From positions 23,249,828 to 23,313,541 of the forward strand of contig NC_069001.1 in NCBI RefSeq assembly GCF_001194135.2: 63,714 nt of DNA. Reading direction: 5' to 3'. Origin of the DNA: Octopus bimaculoides. Its lineage: Eukaryota. The position numbers and the translations under genes are program-made. The notes under the pieces are model-generated. The model had not been told where the DNA came from. It saw nothing but the letters and a program-made list of their open reading frames with translations, and made no database searches. This document shows, in pieces, positions 1 to 12,420 of the stretch (the first letter of the stretch is position 1; each line of letters opens with the position of its first letter).

Positions 1-304
1 ATACTGAGCAGGGCCATCTACCTGAAGGGGTTTGTGTTTTATCTACCTTCCTACTTATTAGGATTTTGGTTTTTGCTAGGTTGACTCTAAGGCCCTTCGA
101 TTCTAGTCCTTGCTTCCACACCTTAAACTTCTCCTCTAGTTCTGATAGTGACTGCGCAATTAGTGCAAGGTCATCAGCATAGAGGAGCTCCCAGGGGCAA
201 CCTGTCTTGAATTCCTCTGTGATCGCCTGGAGGACTATGATAAATAGGAGGGGGCTGAGGACGGAACCTTGGTGGACCCCTACCTCTACCCGGAATTCAT
301 TACT

Positions 305-305
<1 letters not shown>
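1..305 (-). mobile_element. RTE-clade LINE reverse transcriptase fragment
   Basis: Minus strand reads VGVHQGSVLSPLLFIIVLQAITEEFKTGCPWELLYADDLALIAQSLSELEEKFKVWKQGLESKGLRVNLAKTK, with QG-SP and YADD RT motifs intact. It runs off the window edge and abuts a (TA)n run. Confidence 0.92.
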
Positions 306-346
<41 letters not shown>

Positions 347-737
347 CACTTATATATATATGTATATATATATGACACATATTCATATAACCATATCTAT
401 ATGGATGTATATGCATACACACATACACAGAGACACGCACACATCATTCATTATAGTAAAGCAAATCTATTCGGTGCTGGATGATAGTAGTGGGGTCATT
501 GCTAGAAGTCGTGTGTGTTTGTGTGTATTCATATTTCCCTCTCCTTCGCATATGATTGCTTTCTGGTTATAAAGAATGGCACCAATGATGGTGACATTTG
601 CTTGCAGTCCTGTCTGAAACATGTCTGGGATCCTTCACCTGTCTTGACAGGCTGTGCAACCTTTGTAAACAAGAATGGGCATTCATAATATCTCATACGG
701 ATGTGCGTTTGCGCAACACACGCACACACATACAGCG

Positions 738-773
<36 letters not shown>

Positions 774-798
774 CGATACACACACTCANNNNNNNNNN

Positions 799-834
<36 letters not shown>

Positions 835-1021
835 CGATACACACACTCACACACACGCAGCGATACACACACACAGCAATACACATACACACAGCAATAC
901 ACACACACACACTGCGATACACAAACACACTGTGATACACAATCACAGGCACACATATATATTGACATATATATATATTTTTATTCACACACACACACAC
1001 ACATATATATAAATATATATA

Positions 1022-1061
<40 letters not shown>

Positions 1062-1062
1062 C
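306..1062. repeat. Compound (TA)n/(CA)n microsatellite tract with small gap
   Basis: Direct inspection; the ORFs called here are repeat translations. Confidence 0.95.
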
Positions 1063-1067
1063 AGATA

Positions 1068-1245
1068 TAGGGTAAAAGATTATTAATTTATTAATAAATT
1101 AATAATTAATAATTTTTACCAAGTAGTTCGGTGAGTTACAAGTATTGCTATCTGTTGGAGACTTATTTTAGTAGTAGAAATAGCACTTTAACAGCTATTT
1201 CTAAATTTCGGTATGTGGTGAAGCAACTGTTGCTGATCCCTTAAT

Positions 1246-1247
<2 letters not shown>
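1068..1247 (+). repeat. Solo arm of the 12.0-12.4 kb fold-back family, with a 28-bp AT palindrome
   Basis: GTGAGTTAC...GGTATGTGGTGAAGCAACTGTTGCTGATCCCTTAATTAT matches 12294-12426. Perfect palindrome attattaatttattaataaattaataat at 1079-1106. Related pieces at 60700-60785 and 62290-62331. Confidence 0.75.
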
Positions 1248-1295
<48 letters not shown>

Positions 1296-1329
1296 CATAC
1301 ATACACACACTGGAATGCAAATACAGTAA

Positions 1330-1535
1330 GTATTGCATCAAAGTTATAATGCTCAATTCATTAAAATTATTAGCACATTAAATTAGTTAGCCTCAGTTTT
1401 GGTATTTTCTGTGTCGTTAATCATAATGATACATTTATCATAACTTTTAATTGTTTTGGGTAAAAACAGATGAATATTGTACGTGTTATCTTTTTTTTTT
1501 CATAACTGTATACCTACTTTTGCACCACCCTGTAT
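1330..1535. mobile_element. Tc1/mariner-like terminal fragment
   Basis: Ends ...CCTACTTTTGCACCACCCTG|TA; the reverse complement TA-CAGGGTGGTGCAAAAGTAGG is a Tc1-type terminus. The other end was not found. Confidence 0.45.
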
Positions 1536-1544
1536 ATTCTTTTA

Positions 1545-1927
1545 TTTTTTTCAGTCATTTGACTGTGGCCATGCTGGGGCAATTGACTTGAAGTGTTTTT
1601 CTTGAATAGTTCAACCCCAGGACTTATTCTTTGTAAGCCTAGTACTTATTCTATTGGTCTCTGTGCTGAACCGCTAAGTTACGGGGACATGAACACAGCA
1701 ACACTGGTAGTCAAGCGGTGATCGGCGGGGTGGGGACAAATACAGACACACAAGCACACACACAGATATATACATTCATGCCTATATATATATATGATGG
1801 GCTTCTTTCAGTTTCCATCTACCTGATCCACTCACAAGCCTCAGTTGGTCCAAGGCTATAGTAGAAGACACTTGCCCAAGGTGCCATAGAATCATGTGGC
1901 TGGAAAGCAAGCTTCTTACCACACAGC
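1545..1927 (-). mobile_element. SINE family A (tRNA head, CORE-like), diverged copy
   Basis: Reverse complement of the family motifs CACCTTGGGCAAGTGTCTTCT and CAGCATGGCCACAGTCAAATGACTGAAA. Confidence 0.85.
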
Positions 1928-2002
1928 ACACATATTCTTTTGTTTGTTTATGCATTTCAGCCCAAAGGGTGTAGCCATGCTGGAGCATATATACATATAT
2001 AT

Positions 2003-2560
2003 AGGTGCAGGAGCAGGAGTGTGGTAATTAGCTTGCTTACCAGCCACATGGTTCTGGGTTCAGTCCCACTGCATGACGCCTTGGGCAAGTGTCTTCTTCT
2101 ATAGAATCGGGCCGACCAAAGCCTTGTGAATGGATTTGGTAGACAGAAACTGAAAGAAGCCCGTTGTGTCTGTTTTTTTGTTTTTATGTTTTATTTATAT
2201 TCTTATAATATTAATGTAGGATATAGAATATATAGTATATATAGTTAAATTACATTGTCTTATTGAATAAATGCAATATTGAATATCAAATATTAAATGA
2301 CTAGTATACTTTCTTGCATTTAAGCAGTCTTCAAGGTCCCAGGTTGTGACAGGAATCTTTCAACTGTTTGTGTATCTGTGTTTGTCCCCCAACATCACTT
2401 GACATCCGATGCTGGTGTGTTTACATCCCTGTAACTTAGTGGTTCGACAAAAGAGACTGATACAATAAGTACTAAGCTTACAAATAATAAGTCCTTGGTC
2501 GATCTGTTCGACTAAAGGCAGTGCTCCAGCATGGCCACACACAAATGACTGAAAGAAAGA
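2003..2560 (+). mobile_element. SINE family A, split by a hammerhead-family insertion at 2167-2345
   Basis: 5' half (GTTCAGTCCCAC B-box-like, CCTTGGGCAAGT) at 2003-2166; 3' half resumes at about 2350. Confidence 0.85.
2167..2345 (-). mobile_element. AT-rich non-coding repeat family H1 with hammerhead-like motif
   Basis: Body shared with 3590-3918, 31594-31845 and 34945-35230. Minus strand 2339-2299 reads GGAC CTTGAAGA CTGC ttaaat GCAA GAAA GTATAC TA GTC. Confidence 0.7.
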
Positions 2561-2895
2561 GGCGAATAACAGAATATATAAATACACACAGACTTATGCA
2601 TAGGTAGCTATACCCTGGCTGTTTGGTGCTTTGTAGCCAGGGAGATTATTGCATTGTTCAGAAACAAGTGGGGTTGACATCAAGAAAGACATCTAGCCAT
2701 AAAAAATTCATCCTGAACACATGGTAAAGTAGACATGTCAGTGATGATAGTGATGATGATGATGATGACGACAATCATCTTTGTGATAACATTGAAAATG
2801 ATGAAGAGGATGATGAAATAAATCAATAGACATATCGATAAGTATATTTATATTTCTACGTGTGTATGTATAAACATGTGGCCATATACATACAT

Positions 2896-2939
<44 letters not shown>

Positions 2940-3200
2940 GTGTGAGCACACTGTGCTTGAGAAGAAGACCTATCAAGCCAAGTGAAATTGTAGCCATGAC
3001 AGATATTGGTGTCATGGAAATTGACACCCATGCTGGTGGCATGTAAAGACACGCATTACACTTTCAGAGTGGTTGGCATTAGGAGGGGCATCCAGCCATA
3101 GAAGCTGTGCCAAGTCAGACTGGAGTCTGGCGTAGCCTCTCAGCTTACCAACCCTTGTCAAATCCATGCCAGTATGGACAACGGATGATGATGATGATGA
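2940..3200 (+). mobile_element. RTE LINE 3' end (5'-truncated)
   Basis: GAGAAGACCTATCAAGCCAAGTG...GTGGTTGGCATTAGGAGGGGCATCCAGCC...(GAT)n tail; matches the 3' end of 51033-52110. Confidence 0.85.
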
Positions 3201-3202
3201 GG

Positions 3203-3242
<40 letters not shown>

Positions 3243-3299
3243 TACATATATGCACATGTGTTTGTGAGTGTATATATTTATGGACAGATATGTGTGTGT

Positions 3300-3527
3300 G
3301 TAAGGCGGTGAGCTGGCAGAAACGTTAGCATGCTGGGCGAAATGCTTAGCGGTATTTCGTCTGCCGTTATGTTCTGAGTTCAAATTCCGTCAAGGTCAAC
3401 TTTGCTTTTCATCCTTTCGGGGGGCGATAAATTAAATACCAGTTATGCACTGCGGTCGATCTAATCTCTTTGTCTGTCCTTGTTTGTCCCCTCTATGTTT
3501 AGCCCCTTGTGGGCAATAAAGAAATAA
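3300..3527 (+). mobile_element. SINE family B (tRNA head, Nin/Deu-like domain)
   Basis: GAGTTCAAATTCC B-box and CTTTCATCCTTTCGGGGG.GATAAATTAAATACCAG Nin/Deu-like core. Confidence 0.85.
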
Positions 3528-3589
3528 CGTGTGTGTGTGTATATATATGAATATATATATATATGCGAGTAAAAATAAATACAAAAAAG

Positions 3590-3918
3590 GTGGGTTTTTT
3601 TGTATGATTGTGTATAGAGGAATATATTATTTTGCTTAAAAGAGTTCCAACACTGTCTGTTTTTTATGTTTTATTTATATTCCTGCAGAACTAATGTGGG
3701 GTATAGAATATGGAATATACAATATATAATATAATATACAATATACAATATAAAATAAAATAAAATAAAAATGGATGGCACCATGAAAGAAAGTATTGAA
3801 TGTAGATGAAATATTGAGTGTTCAATATAAAGGATCAAATATATAAATATATAAAGGTGACTCGAGTTTCAGGGCTATTTCCCTTCGTCATGGCCAGTAT
3901 GACAGACTTTAACAGACT
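3590..3918 (-). mobile_element. Repeat family H1 with hammerhead-like motif
   Basis: Minus strand 3895-3856 reads GGC CATGACGA AGGG aaatag CCCT GAAA CTCGAG TC ACC. Flanked by (TA)n. Confidence 0.75.
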
Positions 3919-3984
3919 NNNNNNNNNNNNNNNNNNNNNNNNNNNNNNNNNNNNNNNNNNNNNNNNNNNNNNNNNNNNNNNNNN

Positions 3985-4032
<48 letters not shown>

Positions 4033-4293
4033 AAAGTAATAAAGTTATTGTCTGGTCATAGAATGACCAATAGCTTTGCATCCATGAAGGATCATGGATG
4101 TGAAACCATTGGTCATTCTGTGACCAGACATTAACTTTACTACTTTAATTCTTTACTGCTCTGTATTTTAAAAGTCTGCTTCTTTTTTCAAATGTATGAT
4201 ACATTCACAACATATCTATCTATAAGTGTGTATGTGTGTGGGGAATTTGTGTATGTGTACAAGCGTGTTTATATATAAATGTGTGTATGTATA

Positions 4294-4343
<50 letters not shown>

Positions 4344-4798
4344 TTTCTCTCTCTCTCAAGCATACACACACATTCTGAGTGTAGATAATCCAAGTAAGAC
4401 ATTTGAAACCGAAAGTGGAAGAAAAGCAAAATAAGATAGAAAGAAAAAAATGTTTTGAACAAATCAAACAATAAGCAAAATAAATTATATTTTGTTTTAA
4501 CATTTCTGCTTTGTTTGTAGATATTGTGTAGAACACCTTTAAACAAACAAAGGAATGTGTTGAAATTGTGCTACAGAAAACCCAAGAAATAATGGTGAAT
4601 GAAAAACAGGTTTGATAAAACCTGAAATGTCAAATTGTATTTCAAAATTTGTATAAAAGATTTCAGACTTGCTTTGACAATATTAAGGCAAGTGCTGAGA
4701 ATAAATGTAAGATTTTCATTGGTTTTGTTTTGGGTGTCAATATACACTTTATTTGCACCCTGCCACACACACACACACACACACACATATACATATAT

Positions 4799-4962
4799 AG
4801 GTGCAGGAGTGGCTGTGTGGTTAGTAGCTTGCTTACCAACCACATGGTTCTGGGTTCAGTCCCACTGCGTAGCACCTTGGGCAAGTGTCTTCTACTATAG
4901 CCTCGAGCCAACCAAAGCCTTGTGAGTGGATTTGGTAGATGGAAACTGAAAGAAGCCCGTCG

Positions 4963-5007
<45 letters not shown>

Positions 5008-5170
5008 TTACATCCCTGTAACTTAGCAGTTCGGCAAAAGAGACTGATAGAATAAGTACTAGGCTTACATAGAATAAGTCCTGGAGTCGATTTGCTCAAC
5101 TAAAGGCGGTGCTCCAGCATGGTCGCAGTCAAATGACTGAGACAAGTAAAAGAGTAAAAGAATAAAGAGT
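4799..5170 (+). mobile_element. SINE family A, full length
   Basis: Head GGAGTGGCTGTGTGGTT...GTTCAGTCCC, CORE-like CCTTGGGCAAGT, central (TA)(TG) tract and (AAAAGAGT)n tail. Confidence 0.92.
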
Positions 5171-5174
5171 ATAT

Positions 5175-5340
5175 TATCATCATCATTTCATGCCTGCTCT
5201 TTTTGCTGGCATGGGTTAGACAGTTTAACTGAAAACTGGTAAGCTTGGGAGCTGCACCAGGTTCCAGTCTGATTTGGCATGGTTTCTATAGCCGGGTGCC
5301 CTTCCTAATGCCAACCACTGCTTTTACATGCCACCAACAT
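5175..5340 (-). mobile_element. RTE LINE 3' UTR fragment
   Basis: Reverse complement of GGTTGGCATTAGGAAGGGCAC...CCCATGCCAGC...(GAT)n. Confidence 0.8.
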
Positions 5341-5457
5341 ACACATGCGCCAAACTTCAGTCAAAAGGAAACTTGCTCTCAGTATTTTCCTATCACTACT
5401 CTAAAAGTCTCTGCTCCTTGGTACTGGCTGGTATTCTACTTCCTCTGCTTGAGTGAA

Positions 5458-5780
5458 AGTGTGTGGTTTAGTGGCTAGTGTATTCAGCTCACAATCATAA
5501 GGTTGCAAGTTCAATTCCCAGGCCCATATTGTATCCTTGAGCAAGACACTTTATTTCATTTTGCTGTAGTTCATTTACTTGGCAAAAATGAGCTGTACCA
5601 GTAGTTCAAAGGGCCAGTCTTACCTTCTTGTCACCCCCTGTGTCACACTGACTCTCCCAAAGAACTACATTAAGGGTACACATGTCTATGAAGAGCTCAG
5701 CTGCTTGCACTTTAATTTCATGAGCAGGCTGTTGGCTGTTCTGTTGATCAAATCAAGTGGATCGCTCATTGGTGTAACCA
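5458..5780 (+). mobile_element. SINE family D (tRNA head, CCTTGAGCAAGACAC motif)
   Basis: TTTAGTGG A-box-like and GTTCAATTCC B-box. Related copies at 29800-30130 (+) and 34020-34240 (-). Confidence 0.65.
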
Positions 5781-5799
5781 GCAGAGAACCGGGCCACAA

Positions 5800-6127
5800 A
5801 CACTGTGTGGCACCTTGAGCAAGTATCTTCTAATATAACCTCAGGCCAATCAAAACCTTGTGAATGAATTTGATAGACAGAAACTGAAAGATGCCTATTG
5901 AGTATGTGTGTTTGTGTGTGTGTGCACATACGTCTGTGTGTGTGTGTGTCATTGTGTGTGTGTGTGTGAAAGTCTGTGTGTGTGTGTGTGCACTTCTGTG
6001 TGTGTGTGCACGTCTGTGTGTATGTGTGTCATTGTGTATATGTGTGTTCCACTATTTGACAACCAATTGTAATGTGTTTACGTCCTTGTAACTTAGTGGT
6101 TCAGCAAAAGAGACTTATAGAATAAGT
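5800..6127 (+). mobile_element. SINE family A, partial
   Basis: CCTTGAGCAAGT...GACAGAAACTGAAAG, (TG)n, CAGCAAAAGAGAC..ATAGAATAAGT. Confidence 0.8.
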
Positions 6128-6134
6128 CGTTCAT

Positions 6135-6652
6135 ATTGGGCTCCATGCCAAGAGAGGACCCTGCACACCATCTCGAGTGGAGAATACTATGATGAATTAA
6201 ACATTTCCTAAATGTTTTTATTGCTTTGAGGATTTATTCAACAATGCCTGTAACTGTCAGTTCAGGTGAAATAAGTTTTGCAAGACTAAAACAGATTAAA
6301 ACCTACCTACGGTCTACAGTTTCACAAGAGAGACTAAATAATTTGGCGGTGGAACCTATAGAAAATGACATTAGAAAAATTATTGACTTGGAAATGATTT
6401 TGAAAGACTTCTCTGATAAGTATGCCAGAAAAGGCTTACTCACAAACAGCATACCAGTAATTATTTTGACTTGTAATAAAGCATTAAAGCTTTCATATGA
6501 GCTTTCAAGTTTTAGTATATTGTTGTGGAAAATGGTGGAACCTCAAGCCCACAGTGTTTTTTGCTGGGACTGGCATACAAAACGAAACATAAAGTAAAGG
6601 ACCCCATGAAGAATTCTCTAACTGGGTTCCATACATTCTAGCACTGGCCCTG
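6135..6652 (+). mobile_element. hAT transposon 3' fragment (dimerization domain and terminus)
   Basis: FPNVFIALRIYSTMPVTVSSGEISFARLKQIKTYLRSTVSQERLNNLA is an hATC signature. Ends ...GCACTGGCCCTG (reverse complement CAGGGCCAGTGC). Confidence 0.88.
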
Positions 6653-7039
6653 TTTTTATGTGACATAAAAACATCAAACAAGACTCGTTCCTACTGCTTA
6701 GTATCTTGGGCAAGTATCTCTACTACACTTGAAAACTAACCATGTCAGCATGGGAAAATAAATGTAAAGCAATGATGACGATGATGATGATGATGTATAT
6801 GTGTGAGTGTAAGCATTTGTGCATGTGTGTATAGATACATAGGCGTATTACAAGATAGGATGATGAATAAAACATGCAGATGTATTATCATTTCGATCAC
6901 AGTTATGACATGGAATTCATAGAATTTGATATTCTTATATAATCTTCAGATGAAACAAATCTGAGGCAGAAGCTACTTTGTTGTTGATAAACAATAATTT
7001 ATGTGTATTTGTGCTCCTGCTGCATATCCATACATATAT

Positions 7040-7086
<47 letters not shown>

Positions 7087-7566
7087 ATACTTACACAGGC
7101 AAATTCATTCTTAATGCTTAGCTTCAGAGCACAAATACCTGCCCTCCACCATCAAAGGTGGGGTGCGTTGTTAGGAATTCTAAGGAAAATTTGATAAAAA
7201 GCTTTTAAGTTGAGTATTTAAACAGACATGTATAAACCAAACAGCTCTCTCTACAATATACCCATATAGGTGTGCATGTGTGTATGTAAATATGCATATG
7301 TATGTATGTACGTAAATATGCATATGTATGTATGCATGTATGTATATAGGTATGTATGTATGTGTCTGTCTCTCTGTATGTAAGTGATTTTACAAGCAAA
7401 AGCTTAAAAGTATTGAATACAAAAGTAGAATGTAAATATTTATTTATTATACTACAGTGATCACTGTATCACCCCTGCGTATTTGTGCATATACCAGTTA
7501 GCGCATTAGATAGTTTTGTAACTGGCAGCAACAGTATAAAGGAAACAAAAGCAATAGTTTAAATGC

Positions 7567-7599
<33 letters not shown>

Positions 7600-7861
7600 N
7601 NNNNNNNNNNNNNNNNNNNNNNNNNNNNNNNNNNNNNNNNNNNNNNNNNNNNNNNNNNNNNNNNNNNNNNNNNNNNNNNNNNNNNNNNNNNNNNNNNNNN
7701 NNNNNNNNNNNNNNNNNNNNNNNNNNNNNNNNNNNNNNNNNNNNNNNNNNNNNNNNNNNNNNNNNNNNNNNNNNNNNNNNNNNNNNNGTGTGTATATATA
7801 TATGTGTGTGTGTATGTATATACATGTCTGTGTGTATGTGTGTATACATATGTGTGTGTGC

Positions 7862-7900
<39 letters not shown>

Positions 7901-8000
7901 TATAATTATATATACTTCTTGTGCATGTTTGTATATATATATATATATATATATTTATATACATATATGCTTACGCATACATATGTGTATATATGTATAC

Positions 8001-8033
<33 letters not shown>

Positions 8034-8770
8034 TACACACACACATACACATTCATGTATGTATGTATGTATGTATGCATCTTTCCAATCCGTGATGCGC
8101 CGTCCCCATCCACATTCTTGAAGTCTCTTCTACTTGTTGATCATCGCCCTCCTCCACCCATTCCCTTAATACTTCTCTTCTCACTCACATTCATCCATCA
8201 CTCATCTCTTAATCACCTCTGCTACTCCTACGGTGATGAATAACCATACATACCTTACCCTCATCCAATCCTTCCCCCCCACCACCACCACCTTCCAATC
8301 ATGATCTTGATGATTCCACATCTCTTGCACTTGACTTGGGCTCTCTGCAAAAGATTGCTTTAGACCATCCTTCTTTGCTCTCTCTTTCTCTTTACTTCTC
8401 TCTCTCCTTCTCTCTCCTTCTCTCCCTTTCTCTCTTTCTCATCACTTGCCCTATATACATATATATAAAGGTGTTTATCATAGCATTTATACCCAATAAC
8501 ACTGTCATTTCTATATTGTCACCCATCACTCACTCTTGACTCTGTTCACCTCTGCTATTGTCCTACACTCTCCACCACCCTCATTACTACAATCACAATG
8601 CATCTACCATCAAGCTTTTGCGCCTTTCAACCACTTATCTCTCAAATAAAGTTTTTATTTAGCAGTAAATTTTAATAAGAAGGAAGGAAGGAAAGAAAAC
8701 AAATTGAAAGTATAAAAGATTAAATGATCGAGAGAAAAAAAACCCTTAGAATTACTTCAGCAAGGGAACA

Positions 8771-8968
8771 CATTTTGTTATGTCTAGGGAGAGTCATCAT
8801 GCCAATATAATTAATACACACACTGGTTCAATTCCACTCATTTACTAAATATCCAATTGTTTTGTTTTTGTTTGTCAAAGCTCAGATATTTAGTAAATGA
8901 GTGGAATTGAACCAGTGTGTGTGTGTTAATTATATTGGCACGATGACTCTCCCGAGACACAACAAAAT
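8771..8968. repeat. Fold-back inverted repeat (about 83-bp arms, 31-nt loop)
   Basis: 8771-8853 is the reverse complement of 8885-8968, with few mismatches and one TG indel. Confidence 0.9.
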
Positions 8969-8989
8969 TTGTTTCAACACACAAATTCA

Positions 8990-9420
8990 CATAATGAATC
9001 TTGCTAATCAAATACAAAAACGAAGGAAGCAAATGAAAATGGTAAAAGAGTTGGCAGAGGTGGTATTAACCACCATGACGCAATTCACTCAACCAGAAAT
9101 TAAGAAGCAACATGCTGTGCTCTACCAGAAATTTTAAACAAAGATATTATGTACATTTAAATAAGTCTAAATATAAAGAGAATAGCAATTGCACATCACT
9201 AGCCAGCCACGTACACCATCTAATCAATAGAAAAATACAAATACAGTATAGACTTTGTTGGACTATAATAGACTCTGGTGTCCCATATCAGAGCAAACAC
9301 CCCATTTGTGGACTCTGCTTAAAAGAAGTCCTCAAAATTTTAACCCATAACTCACCAAATTTTCTAGGTAGAGCCAGCCTCTCACACCGACTCTACAATG
9401 TCATTCTAAAAATAAACAAT
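8990..9420 (+). mobile_element. Penelope-like element GIY-YIG endonuclease C-terminal relic
   Basis: STRNFKQRYYVHLNKSKYKENSNCTSLASHVHHL...WTIIDSGVPYQSKHPICGLCLKEVLKIL; the FK.RY..H, T.L..HV and C.LCL.E motifs match the copies at 50.6 and 53.4 kb. Confidence 0.75.
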
Positions 9421-9704
9421 CACATCACCAAAATCTTGAAGATATGAGATAATTCAGGATTAATTCCTACAATGTAGATAAATGAGCATTAGAGAAATCT
9501 GAATGCTAAAGGGTTTAAGCAACAAAAGATGGGAAAGAGGGAGTAACAGGTTGTGGCAGCCCAGTCTGAATGAAGTGTTCAGCTATGCTTTGTGGACCTA
9601 ATTACTAACACATTGCACTTGTTTTGGCCAACCTCCTGTTATCAATCTCTTTGTCCTATTCGCCTCCTCAGTCATATTAGCTGAGTGAAAGCACATGTCT
9701 TTTA

Positions 9705-10087
9705 TCCTTTACTTGTTTCAGTCATTAGACTGTGACCATGCTGGGGCACTGCTTTGAAGAAATTTAAGTCGAATGAATCAACCCCAGTACTTTTATTTTT
9801 TAAGCTTAGTACTTATTTTATTTATCTCTTTTGCTGAGCTGCTAGATTATGTGGGATGTAAACATATCAACACTGGTTGTCAAGCAGCGGTAGAGGACAA
9901 ACACAGGCACAAACACACACACACACACATGCACACGACAAGCTTCTTTCAGTTTCCTTCTATTAAATCCACCTACAAGTCTTTGGTCAGCTTGAAGCTA
10001 TAGTAGAAGACATTTGCCCAAGGTGCCACACAGTAGGATTGAACCCAAAACCATGTGGTTGGAAGCAAGCTTCTTACCACACAGTCA
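9705..10087 (-). mobile_element. SINE family A, full length
   Basis: Reverse complement of family head, core and tail. Confidence 0.9.
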
Positions 10088-10105
10088 TGTGTCCTCTACA
10101 TCTAG

Positions 10106-10180
10106 TGTACAATATAGTCCCTTCTCTGCTGATGCCATAGTGAAATGCTTCCAACACCAGAGCATCCTCTGTTTTGACAG
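10106..10180 (+). CDS. Candidate coding exon (VQYSPFSADAIVKCFQHQSILCFD), phase 2-2
   Basis: AG acceptor, strong CAG|GTAAGT donor and an open frame; no homolog recognised. Confidence 0.25.
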
Positions 10181-10639
10181 GTAAGTGAGCATAGGACATG
10201 GAGATGGATGGTCCTTTTGCACCTGTCTTGCTAAGGACATGACAACCTCTCACATTCTGGTGCAAAGAAAAGATACAGCCAGTACAAACAGTAAAATGGT
10301 AATATTTATCCCCACTTCAATGTGGATGTTCTGCGAGAACAAATTATACTGTAGTAATTAATACGAAAGGAACTCTCATATTTGCTTTTGATGCAAAATG
10401 CAGTCTTGTTTATATTGCTAGTGAGAAGATTAAATCCCCACCATCTCCAGTGCTGACACCACCAGGTCACGTGATTTTGATCTTCCTTTGTCTTGTCAAT
10501 GACTAGCTTAAAAGCTGCACTCTGTACAGATTTTTAAGCCAGTTTCTGTGGAGAGCTAATTGGGCCTGTGGCCCAAAACTAAAGAGAGCAATAATAATAA
10601 AGCATTTATTGATATCCTACCAATATGGTATTATTCTAC

Positions 10640-10871
10640 AGGCAGCAACCTGGCAGAAACGTTAGCACACCGGTTGAAATGCTTAGCAGTATTTCATCTG
10701 TCTTTACATTCTGAGTTCAAATTCCGCCAAGGTCGACTTTGCCTTTCATCCTTTCGGGGTCGATTAAATAAGTACCACTTACGGAGTGAGGTCGATGTAA
10801 TCGACTTAATCTCTTTGTCTATCCTTGTTTGTCCCCTCTATGTTTAGCCGCCTGTGGGCAATAAAGAAATA
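10640..10871 (+). mobile_element. SINE family B (Nin/Deu-like) with 18-bp TSD
   Basis: AATATGGTATTATTCTAC at 10622-10639 and 10872-10889. Confidence 0.92.
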
Positions 10872-11769
10872 AATATGGTATTATTCTACCAATATGGTAT
10901 TACTTTCAGTTCAGTTTAAATGAAAAACTTGTGAGTTCACCAATTTTTGGAGTTCTTTTAAAATTTTGAATTTTCAGCTGTTAGCAAATCCTCATCCAGA
11001 CCTAATCCAAATGCTGGATGTGCAAGAACCAAATAAAGGGCAGATTTTCAATCCCAGGATCATCCTGATTCCAAAAAGGTATAATATGTCTATTCAGAGC
11101 AAATGTAGACAAAGATATAGGGTTTCTGGACAGATGGTCAGACAGAATTTCGCATTTCTTATTATAGATGGACACTTGACCACTAGAGATAGCAGTGATT
11201 CATCTTGCTGTCAACGATGGTTGGCAAACGTACAGAGAAAAGCATGCACTTGAGAATTTCTTTTAGTGACGTCTTGCCAATAGTTGCTGTTGTGACAGCA
11301 AAATGAGAAAAAATGCCTGGTATACTCAGCAAGCTGGTGGTTGATAGGAAGGGCTGCCATTCATAGGGACCAGGGTGAAGTAACATGTTGGACCATCAAT
11401 CTATGAGAACAGTGGTTCCTAATAAGAAGTGACTCGGATGAGAATAACTTGTCCAATTCATACCAATATGGAAGATGAACATATGAAGAAGTTGATTTTA
11501 TAGCTGTGTGTGTGTGTGTGTGTATGTACATATGGCCTTGTATGTAGTATGTTCCATTTGAGAGACAGAAATTTCAATATGTTTTACATTAAAAATCTGA
11601 CAGGTTTATGAGGTGTGTGTCTGTGTGCAAAATTCATATAGCCAATACCATTCTTTCATAGTGTGTGTGTATGCTTGTGTGTGCATGCGTATGTGTGTGT
11701 GCGTGGGTATGCATGTGTGTGTACGTGTGCATGCGTGTGTGTGTATGTGTGCATGTGTATGTATATCCT

Positions 11770-11950
11770 CATCATTGTCATGCCATGCGCACTTCCCATG
11801 TTTGCATGGGTTGGTTGGTTTGACAGGGAACTGGTGAGCTGCAAGTTTCTATGGCTGGAAGCCCTTCCTATAATACCAACCATTTCACACACTGTATGGG
11901 TGCTTTTTACATGGCACCAGCACTAGTGATGTTGCCTTGTAATTTGCAAG
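11770..11950 (-). mobile_element. RTE LINE 3' UTR fragment
   Basis: CATGGGTTGG...GGAAGCCCTTCCTATAATACCAACC family motif. Confidence 0.7.
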
Positions 11951-12010
11951 ACAGAAAAAAAGAACAGGAATGTTAAAAGAACCATTATTGGTAAACTTAT
12001 ACAAAGATTT

Positions 12011-12420
12011 TATAATTATAAGCGTAATTATAATTAGGGTTCAGCAAAATTGCTTCACCACATACTGAAATTTAGAAATAGCAGTTAAATACTATTCCTC
12101 TACCATAAGATATCTCCCAGACAGTAATACTCCTAACTCACGCATATCTTAATTATTAGCAATCTCAGATTTATAATTGAGATACTATACTGATGATGGA
12201 AGTAAGTGAGTAATATGTTTTACATCTCTTTAATCCAGAAATACGTATATAGTTAATCAAAGCCGGGTGGATTCGTTATTTTTGCTCTTTGCCTGCGTGA
12301 GTTAAGAGTATTGCTGTCTGGGAAATGTATTATGGTAGTGGAATAGTATTCAACTGCTATTTCTAATTTCAGTATGTGGTGAAGCAATTTTGCTGAACTC
12401 TAATTATAATTATGCTTATA

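Noticed and set aside
10978-11088. Candidate exon LLANPHPDLIQMLDVQEPNKGQIFNPRIILIPK
   Set aside because: Its phase-0 start does not fit the neighbouring candidates, the donor is weak, and the surroundings look like decayed TE.
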